Positions 11,946 to 21,149 of a stretch of DNA of 64,000 nt are shown piece by piece. The notes under the pieces are model-generated. The model searched no databases. It was not told the origin of the DNA and was given only the letters and a program-made list of their open reading frames with translations. Origin of the DNA: Hemiscyllium ocellatum (lineage: Eukaryota); NCBI RefSeq assembly GCF_020745735.1, contig NC_083422.1, positions 18,910,001 through 18,974,000 of the forward strand, read 5' to 3'. A program made the position numbers and the translations under genes. Numbering within the stretch: position 1 is the stretch's first letter; each line of letters begins with the position of its first letter.

Positions 11946-14068
11946 TTTTTTTTATTTCAAAAATATACTTTATTCATAAAATATGCATAGAATAATTTGA
12001 TACACTGTACATTAGGTAATGCCATTCATATTTCCACATTTACATACACAGCTCCGAATTATCATTATTACATACAGATCAGTGCATTTCTCACTCATAT
12101 ATTGAGCTGAGGGGTCAGCAGAGCCCAAATGACTGCATGGGCCCCCTGCTTTTCATTAGACAGGCAGATGTTAAACGGTGGTCTTTCCCCACCGCGCCTT
12201 GGCGGCAGCTGCCCCAAGCTTCAGCGCGTCCCTCAACACGTAGTCCTGGACCTTGGAATGTGCCAGTCTGCAACACTCAGTCGGGGTCAACTCCTTCAGC
12301 TGGAAGATCAACAGGTTTCGGACCGCCCAGAGAGCGTCCTTCACCGAGTTGATGATCCTCCAGGCGCAGTTGATGTTCGTCTCGGTGTGCGTCCCGGGGA
12401 ACAGGCCGTAGAGCACGGAGTCCCGCGTCACGGCGCTGCTCGGGACGAACCTCGACAAATACCACTGCATTCCTCTCCAGACTTCCTCTGCATAGGCACA
12501 TTCCAGAAGGAGGTGTGTGACAGTCTCGTCCCCCCCGCAGCCGCTTCGAGGGCAGCGTGCGGTGCGGCTGAGAGTCCGGGCGTGCATAAACGATCTCACA
12601 GGTAGAGCCCTTCTCACCACCAGCCAAGCCATGTCTTGGTGCTTGTTGGAAAGTTCTGGCGATGAGGCATTCTGCCAAATTGCTTTGACAGTCTGCTCAG
12701 GGAACCACTCAACAGGATCCGCCCTCTCCTTTTCCCGAAGGGTCTCGAGGACGCTACGTGCTGACCACTTCCTGATGGACTTGTGGTCAAAGGTGTTTTT
12801 CTTCAGAAATTTCTCCACGAAGGACAGGTGGTACGGAACGGTCCAACTACTCGGAGCGTTCCGCGGCAGCGAGGCCAGGCCCATCCTTCGCAACACCGGG
12901 GACAGGTAGAACCTCAGTACGTAGTGACACTTGGTGTTTGCGTACCGGGGATCCACACACAGCTTGATGCAGCCACACACAAAGGTGGCCATCAGGGTGA
13001 GGGTGGCATTGGGTGTATTTTTTCCCCCGTTGCCCAGATCTTTGTATAGTGAGTCCCTTCGGACCCGGTCCATCTTTGAACTCCATATGAACTGGAAGAT
13101 GGCCCGGGCGACTGCAGCGGCGCAGGTTCTGGGAATGGGCCAGACCTGTGCCACGTACAACAGCAATGACAGTGCCTCACACCTGATGACCAGGTTTTTT
13201 TCCCGTGATGGAGAGCGACCGTAGCCTCCATCTGCCCAGTTTCTGCCTCACTTTACTGATACACTCCTCCCAAGACTTGGCGCACGCCCCAGCCTCCCCG
13301 AACCAAATACCCAGCACCTTCAGGTGGTCGGTCCTGACGGTGAAGGGGATCGAGGATTGGTCACCCCAGTTCCCGAAGAGCATGGCCTCGCTCTTGCCTC
13401 GGTTTACCTTGGCCCCCGAGGCCCGTTCGAACTGGTCACAAATGCACATGAGTCTGCGCACGGACAGCGGATCCGAGCAGAAAACGGCGACGTCATCCAT
13501 GTACAGGGAGGCCTTAACCTGCAGGCCCCCGCTGCCCGGAATAGTCACCCCTCTCAGGCTCGCATCCTTCCTGATGGACTCGGCAAATGGCTCTATGCAG
13601 CACACAAACAAGGCAGGAGAGAGAGGGCAGCCCTGCCTGACTCCAGATCTGACTGGGAAGCTATCTGATTCCCACCCATTGATTGAGACTGCACTGACGA
13701 TGTTGGTGTAGAGCAGTCTGATCCAATTGCAGATTCCCTCCCCAAAGCCCATTTTGGAGAGAACATCTCTCATATACATGTGTGATATCCTGTCAAAGGC
13801 TTTCTCCTGGTCCAGGCTGATCAGGCAGGCATCCAACCCTCTGTCCTGCACGTAGGCGATCGTATCCCTGAGGAGTGCGAGACTCTCAGCGATCTTCCTG
13901 CCTGGCACAGCACAGGTTTGGTCAGGGTGAATCACCGACCCCAGAGCAGACCTGACCCGGTTGGCAATTACCTTTGACAGGATTTTGTAATCTGCATTCA
14001 ACAGTGTGATCGGTCTCCAATTTTTGAGTTCCTCCCTCTCCCCCTTCCGCTTGTAGATGAGGGTGATG
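11946..14068 (-). mobile_element. Young 5'-truncated Tx1/L1-clade non-LTR retrotransposon (RT plus CCHC domain, 3' UTR, polyA)
   Basis: ITLIYKRKG...NWRPITLLNADYKIL, LDQEKAFDR, QGCPLSP, YMDD and C-terminal CPRSGC...HLLLEC; one frameshift in an A7 run (13195-13201); stop at 12171; AATAAA and A-tail at 11946-11974. Confidence 0.9.
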
Positions 14069-14141
14069 GTTGCCTGAGGCTGGAATCAAACCTGGGTCCC
14101 TGGCAGTGTGAGGTAGCAGTGCTAACCACTGAGCCACCATG
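14069..14141 (-). mobile_element. HE1-type SINE tRNA-derived head
   Basis: Minus strand TGGCTCAGTGG (A-box) and GGTTTGATTCC (B-box). Confidence 0.85.
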
Positions 14142-14505
14142 ACTAATCCACTTCACTGTCCACTACACCACCTAGTTCAGTGGCATATGCAAACTACTAA
14201 CCGTGCCTCCTGTCTTCATAGCTAAATCATTTACATACATGACAAAAAGCAGTGGAGCCAGCAATAACCTTTGTGGGACACCACTGGTCACAGGCCTCCT
14301 GTCCAAAATAACAACCCTCCACCACAACCCTCTGTCTCCTACCTTCAATCCAATTTTGTATCCAATTGGCTAGCTCCCACTGGATCCCATGTGATCTAAC
14401 CTTGCTAACCAGCCTACCAATCAGAATCTTGTCGAACATTTTGTGAAAGTCCATATAGACAGCGTCTCTCACTCTGCCCTCAGCCATCTTCTTTGTCACC
14501 TCTTC
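14142..14505 (-). mobile_element. CR1 RT fragment
   Basis: ORF DAVYMDFHKMFDK...HGI...WIQNW...RRQRVVV. Confidence 0.8.
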
Positions 14506-15942
14506 AGTCCTTGCCTTTCCGAATTGATGGACTGGTGGATATGGCAAACGTAGGATCAATCAAAGTGATGCGAGGGTAATGTTGTTTAGTGGTAGCGATA
14601 ATATTAACACATACTACCGAGCAATCCATAAGCAGATCCTGCACCCAGTTCTGCAGTAGGTCCCCTATACACGACATCTGACAGCATTACACAATATCAC
14701 CCTGATCAAACAGTCCTGATTGGAGAATCCTGGGCTTCACTAAGAATTAGCAGCTATCAGGCCAACGTTCAGAAGTCTGACACAATCTCTCCCCATTTGG
14801 CTGAATGGACAGAGGGAGAAAATACAAACATATACTGCCCTGATTTACCCTGGGAGTTGTCACACTGCTAAGCTATGAAGTGAAATTATTTCTTCAAGGT
14901 TCCCTTGTTGGGTGTGAATCTGAGCAACAGCAATGGTAAAAAGCATTTTAAGTTCTTATTCCACAAAAGCATCTTCTGGTCTGATGAAAAATAATAAACA
15001 AAGGTTGCTTATATAAAAGCAAAATGTTTACATCCTTGAAATCTGGAGTTATATAATTTTACCATGGGTATCTAATTTAATTTATTCTTTTATGGGATGT
15101 GGGCAGTACTGGCAAGTCAAGCATGTGCTGTCCATTGGGAATGTTCTTTTGAACTGGATGGTTTGCTTGACCCTTGCTGAGTAAACCACACACTGCAGTG
15201 GGGCTAGAGTCAGATGTAAACCAGCTGAAATAAGAATGGCAGATTCCGTTCTCTGAAGTGCATCAACAAACCAAGTGAATGTTTAAGTTGGTTATTACAA
15301 CTTATGTTCCACCAGTTTGCCTCAGCGGGATTTTAACCCTTGTTTTCAGGAGCATTGTTCAGGTGTCTGGTCTAGTGACATTGCCATTACTTTGCTTCCC
15401 CTTATTTGAGAAACCAACCGGAGGAGATTTAGAAATAAACTCAGAGACACATTGAACTTGATAAACCTTTTGTTCCAGAGTACGTTTACTTGCACAAACT
15501 GAAGTCAGTGTGCAGATAACATCGCTTTAACAAATATATTCCACTGGTACAAAGTGCAATAAACATTGCAGTCAATGGCACTGACCCAGTTTCCAACCAT
15601 TCTCACAAACATGTGTGATTCCTGCACAGCCCAAAGCTGTCAACGTTGGTGCCAGTTATTAGTGGGGGAGCGAGTTGGGCACAGGAACAGAGATGATACA
15701 GGGAAAAATGTTCTGCAAGCGGCTGTCAGAAGCATCCAAACATTTGGGCAGGATCTGTGTTCTGTGAAGAAATAGACACTTTCTATTCCTTCTGTTGATG
15801 GCCGCTTCAGCACTATCTGGGGAGCGGGACTTTGCTCAGCAGCATCACTGTTGCTCATGGAATTAAATGAATGCCAAACAAAAATCTGCAGTATGTTGCA
15901 TGTGGCGGATGGGCTGGTTCTGGATAGCCTATCTATCATGCA

Positions 15943-15952
15943 GTTATGTAAC
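15943..15952. promoter_or_regulatory. D-box (PAR bZIP DBP/TEF/HLF and NFIL3 site) in the RBP4 promoter
   Basis: GTTATGTAAC is an exact match to RTTAYGTAAY, about 130 bp upstream of the TATA box. Confidence 0.55.
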
Positions 15953-15971
15953 TGTTGAGACGAGGGTCTCT

Positions 15972-15984
15972 GTCAATGATTTAC
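15972..15984. promoter_or_regulatory. HNF1-like site in the RBP4 promoter
   Basis: GTCAATGATTTAC versus consensus GTTAATNATTAAC (2 mismatches); RBP4 is a liver gene. Confidence 0.5.
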
Positions 15985-16075
15985 ATTCCAAAGCTCGTCT
16001 CTAGGTGGGGGAGGGGGGTTTGGCAGATTACGAAAGACAGATGGCAGGCTTGCGGGGAAGAGGGGGGGGGCTACA

Positions 16076-16082
16076 TATAAAG
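16076..16082 (+). promoter_or_regulatory. RBP4 TATA box
   Basis: TATAAAG preceded by G-rich boxes, about 135 bp upstream of the first splice donor. Confidence 0.7.
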
Positions 16083-16104
16083 GTGTGGCAAGGCAACTAA
16101 CTGC

Positions 16105-16215
16105 TCAGAGGAGTTGCCTGGAGAGATTTGTCCACAATAGTGCGAAAAGTGAATTCCTATTTTGATTGAGACCGGAATCCAAGGGATTTGAGATTTGTAC
16201 CACACACTGTGAGAG
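16105..16215 (+). other. RBP4: RBP4 non-coding exon 1 (start approximate)
   Basis: Perfect donor GAG|GTAAG at 16216 and acceptor ...ctttgtgatag at 16327; matches the known untranslated first exon of RBP4. Confidence 0.65.
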
Positions 16216-16342
16216 GTAAGCATGTTTGGTGTTTTGGGCTTTTCAGTGTCCACAATTGAACCCAGTTGCATTCAGGGGTCAGGACGGTTTGGCTTTAGCA
16301 GATCAGTGTGTCTCTGCTTTGTGATAGAGAATCTGAAGGACG

Positions 16343-16468
16343 ATGGGACACTGCAGGGTCTTGGGGTTGCTGCTGCTGCTGCTGCTGGTTTCCATCTCCA
16401 GTTGCGTTGCAAAGTCCGACTGCGTGGTGAACAACTTCCACGTGAAGGAAGACTTCAACAAGACGCGG
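16343..16468 (+). CDS. RBP4: Retinol-binding protein 4, exon 2 (signal peptide and N-terminus)
   Basis: MGHCRVLGLLLLLLLVSISSCVAKSDCVVNNFHVKEDFNKTR then GTAAG donor; aligns with human ...ERDCRVSSFRVKENFDKAR. Confidence 0.93.
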
Positions 16469-16547
16469 GTAAGCTGGCGCCCCTGGGTTTTGGGGGGAGG
16501 GAGGGAGAGGGAGACCTTTCCTGACTCTCTGACCTTTTCTCTTCCAG

Positions 16548-16681
16548 TATGTGGGCAAATGGCACGCCTTCGCAAAGAAGGACCCCGTGGGCATTTTCCT
16601 GGAGAGCAACATTCATGCCGAGTTCAAGATTGAAAACGAGACGATGACGGCCAAAGCCACTGGCCTGGTCACTTTACTACC
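16548..16681 (+). CDS. RBP4: RBP4 exon 3
   Basis: ttccag|YVGKWHAFAKKDPVGIFLESNIHAEFKIENETMTAKATGLVTLL-CC|gtaag; lipocalin GxW motif. Confidence 0.93.
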
Positions 16682-16794
16682 GTAAGCCCAGCAGAAGCCA
16701 GCAGCTCCTGTCTGCAGGATTGCCCCAGCTCCCCCCCCCCCCCACCCCCCTCTCTCTCTGTGCTCTAACTCTTGTCTGTCTTGTCTTGCTGCAG

Positions 16795-16901
16795 GGAATG
16801 GATCGTGTGCGCTGAAATGATGGGAACGTTCAACAATACTGAGAACCCCGCCAAGTTCAAGCTGAAATACTGGGGGGCAGCTGAGCACCTGCAGAAAGGC
16901 A
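16795..16901 (+). CDS. RBP4: RBP4 exon 4
   Basis: tgcag|[37 protein letters not shown]|gtgagt; 107 nt, phases consistent with neighbouring exons. Confidence 0.93.
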
Positions 16902-17154
16902 GTGAGTAACCCTGTCAGTACAGGAAGGTCATGCTCTCTTACACTGTCAGAGTCAACCTGCCTGTTCAGCAAACGTTCGGAAACCCTGACCCAACCCACC
17001 AATGACTTTGCAATCCATGCCCTCAGTATTTTGTTAATTAATTTCTAGTCATTCATTTTGAAGGATCTCAGTGTACGTTCGGCCCTTCGTGTCACTGCTG
17101 TCTGAAAGAACAATTCACCCACTGCCTTTTCACTGTGTATATCTCCACTACTCA

Positions 17155-17455
17155 TACGATCCCAACAGTGTGGAAGTAGGCCATTCAGCCGACTGTGTCT
17201 ACACTGAGCATTCAAAGAGCATCCCACCCCCTACACGATAACTCTGCATTCATCAATGGCTAATCCACCTAACCTACACAGCCCAGCACAATTTAGAGTG
17301 GCCAATCCACACTAACCTGCACATCATTGGACTGTGGGAGGAAACCCACGCAGACTCGGAGAGAATGCACAAACTCCACCCAGACAGTCTCCTGAGGATG
17401 GAATTAAGCCCAGGTCCCTGGTGCAGTGAAGCAGCAGTGCATGCCACTGAGCTAC
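17155..17455 (-). mobile_element. HE1-type SINE, diverged
   Basis: Colinear with 18533-18874. Confidence 0.75.
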
Positions 17456-18532
17456 TCTTCTTAGCAATTCAATTCCATTTGAAAACCTGAGTTTACCCTG
17501 CTGCCACCAAACTGTCAGACAGTGTATTCCTTCCTGGTCCTAACTCCTCGCTTGTGAGAAGGTTTACCCGCCATTGTTTTGCTAGTGAACACAACTCCAC
17601 ATGTACCAGGTCACAACCCCCCTTGTACCAGCAAGAACAGTTATCCCCATCCACCCTGTCCAGACCCTTCATAATTTTGACTGCCCCTATCAAATCTCCT
17701 CTCTTCCCAACTTCTCCAGTCTTTCCACATTTGGAAATTCCTCATCCCTGGGAACATCCTCAAGATTTTGTATTCTGCCCACTCCAGTACTGTCACTTTT
17801 GTCTAGCGCATGCTACCCAGAACTGGATGTAAAACTCAGCTGAGGCCAAGGTAGTGTTTTATATAGGTTTTCCCTTAACTCTCAGTCTTTGTTGATAAAG
17901 CAAATTACGCTGAAATACTTCCGAGTCGGCCTGTCTGGACAGCAGCTGGGACTTGAATGCAGACCGTCCAGTCTGGAGTTAGAGACCCTACCATTGCAAC
18001 ACAAGATCCCCACCCCACCCCCCCACCCAACCCCTTTGCTTTGCTTCTGCATCTGGTATGCCTAGGCAGTGTTCTCTTCAACTACTAACCAAGCCTGAGA
18101 CTGCATAACTTCAAAGATCAGATAAGATTGAGCCGTTTCAGACTAGCGTGCCTATAGGCATAAAGGTTGCTGCCTGCACTCTCAACCTGTCGTGCCAACA
18201 CAGATGCACTGGGCCAAATGGCTTTATTTATGTTTCTGTTTTCCCATGATTCATTGGTTGTGAGAACCTGAACATTGCATGTTTTTTCTGTGTTATCCCG
18301 AATGCTGGGGAAGAGGACGACTTGAATGACCATGAGGTTACAATGTTTGAATTCCATCAAACTTTCATACAACATCTTCTAGGTGTTGCATAAAGAGTGG
18401 ATGCTATTAAAGTGACCACAGTCCAGTTTTCATTCTTAGCGATTATTGAACTTAAAACTAAACAAATGAATGCTTTCTTTTTTGTTCTTATTTTCTTGCA
18501 GTTTATTTATCTGAATGTGTGAGTCATTCTTC

Positions 18533-18874
18533 ATAGAATCCCTACAGTGTGGAAACAGGCCCTTCGGCCCAACAAGTTCACACTGACCCTCCAAACAGTA
18601 TTCCATTCAGACCCATTCCCCTACCCTATTATCCTATAGTTACCCCTGACTAATGCACCTAAGCCTATACATCCCTGAACACTACAGGCAATTTAGCATG
18701 GCCAATTCACACATCTTTGGACTGTGGGAGGAAACCGGAGCATCTGGAGGAAACTCACACAGACACGAGGAGAATGTGTGAACTCCACACAGTCAGTTAC
18801 CTGAGGCTGGAATTGAACCTGGGACCCTGAAGCTGTGAGGCAGCAGAGCTGACCACTGAACCACCATGCCACCC
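18533..18874 (-). mobile_element. Full-length HE1-type SINE
   Basis: Minus strand GGGTGGCATGGTGGTTCAGTGG (A-box), GGTTCAATTCC (B-box), central domain, CR1-like tail GGGCCTGTTTCCACACTGTAGGGATTCTATG. Confidence 0.88.
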
Positions 18875-19261
18875 TCTTGTTAGCTTATGTTCGAAATATA
18901 TATGTTTATAAGTGAACAATCTTCTTTGCTTCTGTTGTTCAGTACTGTAAGGGACAGCACCATGCTTCTTTAGCAGTCCCATTTATAAGCATACATTGAT
19001 TACAATGTCCGAAAACACAATGCCCCATACAGGCCAACTCCATAACATTAGCTGCTGCATTTGTAATATATTGTTTTCATTAAACACTTTAAAACACGCT
19101 GAATACTTTTGACAGTCAGATTCATTCAGAATGCTGAAAGGTAACTTTATACATTCAGTAAGACAATTTCCTGTATTCAGTTATTTATTTAACTATTAAC
19201 ACAATCTCTATTTGTATTGTCATACAGTTAACTAACATTGTATACATTTTCCTTATTAAAC

Positions 19262-19897
19262 ATAGTGTCATAGAGATATACACAGCATGGAAACAGACCC
19301 GTTGGTTCAACCAGTCCACGCCGACCAGATATCCCAACCCAATCTAGTCCCATTTGCCAGCACTTGACCCATATCCCTCCAAAACCTTCCTATTCAGATA
19401 CCCATTCAGATGCCTTTTAAATGCTGTAATTGTAGTAGCCTCTATCACTTCCTCTAGCAGCTCATTCCATAAACGCACCACTATCTGCATGAAAACATTG
19501 CACCTTAGGTTCCTTTTACATCTTTCCCCTCTCACCCTAAACCTGGACTCCCCCACCCCAGGGAAAAGACCTTATCTATTTACCCTATCCATGTGTGTTA
19601 TGATTTTATAAATTGCTAGGTCACTCCTCAGCCTCCGACGCTCCAGGGAAAACAACACCAGCCTGTTCAGCCTCTCTCTATAGCTCAAACCCTCCAACCC
19701 TGGCAACATCCTTGTAAATCTTTTCTGAACCCTTTCAAGTTTCACAACATCTTTCCAATAGGAAGGAGACCAGAATTGCACGCAGTATTCCAAAAGTGGC
19801 CTAACCAATGTCCTGTATAGCCGCAACATGACCTCCCAACTCCTATACTTAACGCTCTGACTAATTAAGGAAAGCATACCAAACACCTTCTTCACAT
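19262..19897 (-). mobile_element. CR1/HER1 LINE 3' fragment
   Basis: ORF LYRTLVRPLLEYCVQFWSPSYWKDVVKLERVQKRFTRMLPGLEGLSYRERL. Confidence 0.88.
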
Positions 19898-20760
19898 TCA
19901 TGGTTCCCTTATTATTTTGGTTCTTCCCCCTATTTTAATCTTTCCATCAGAACAAAATAAACTTATACTTGGCTAGAGTAATGATGCAGCAGGGATTAAC
20001 AGGCAAGTGATGTGTCACAGGAACACGCACACATCAGTGGACTTCTGAGAAACCTGCTTTCCTACTTCTTGCAGCACTGGTTTGGATTTACAGCTCAACA
20101 TTTATGTAGCAGAATCAGACAAACAGTGTGAAACTAATAGCAGTGACAGTATTTAGATAACATCTTTTGTTTAACGTGCTAAAATGACCCGTGGTGCTTT
20201 GTGAGGATTTAAATTGGTAACACATCAGGAAGTATTAGTACAGTGACCAAAGGTTTAGTCAAACAGGTTTAAAAGGAGCATCTGAAGGAAGGAACGGGAG
20301 AAGCAGAGAGCTTGAAGGAGGGAATTCTAAGGCTCAGCGGAAGACTTGCAAGGAGGAGCAATTAAAATTGGGTTTGTACAAGAGGACGGGAATAGTGAGG
20401 TGATCTCAGAGGATCATGGGCCTGGAGGAGATTGCAGAGGCAAGAAGGGCTGAGGCCATGCAGGGATGGCATGCTAGACCAATAGCTAATGTAAGTTAAT
20501 GCTGATGATCCCTTTAAGCTATACTGGCATCACACTGATGGTCAGTTTCAGAATTTAATGCCACACATGGACCTCAAAGGTCTGTGCACTGAAAAAGCAA
20601 TGAGGGTGAGTTCTGGTTGGTGGGCACAGAGGTGATGGGTGAATGGGCCTCAGTGGTGAAAGTGCTGGAATAACCAGCCTGTCTTTTAAATACAATCGCC
20701 TATGTTATATTGTTTACCATTACGGTAAAAAGTACCTTGCAACATGTTTCTTTCTTTCAG

Positions 20761-20973
20761 ATGATGATCACTGGATTATTGACACCGATTATGACAACTA
20801 TGCCATCACATACACATGTCGAAAACTGAATGATAATGGAACTTGTGCAGATAGTTATTCGTTTGTTTTCTCGCGGGATCCTGAAGGACTAACCCCTGAA
20901 GCACAGCGAGTTGTCCGAAAGTGGCAGGATCATCTCTGCCTGGCATTCCGATATAAGCGTGTTGCTCAAAAAG
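20761..20973 (+). CDS. RBP4: RBP4 exon 5
   Basis: tttctttcag|[73 protein letters not shown]|gtaaat; lipocalin TDY motif; 213 nt. Confidence 0.95.
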
Positions 20974-21149
20974 GTAAATACAATGGATTTCGATAATCAT
21001 CTTCCTTGGTGATTTTGATTCTATGGTTCCCAGTTATTCATCCACTCTCCAGAGTGAATCATTTCATTTCTCTTCATCTACTCAGTCAAAACCTCTGATG
21101 AGAATCAGTGGGTGTTTGATGACTAACGTGGTTGCAATGGGGCAAAGGG

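Noticed and set aside
12129-13711. Several plus-strand ORFs of 100-170 aa
   Set aside because: Antisense shadows of the GC-rich Tx1 ORF2
14069-18874. tRNA genes suggested by A-box and B-box motifs
   Set aside because: The boxes belong to HE1 SINE heads and continue into SINE body sequence
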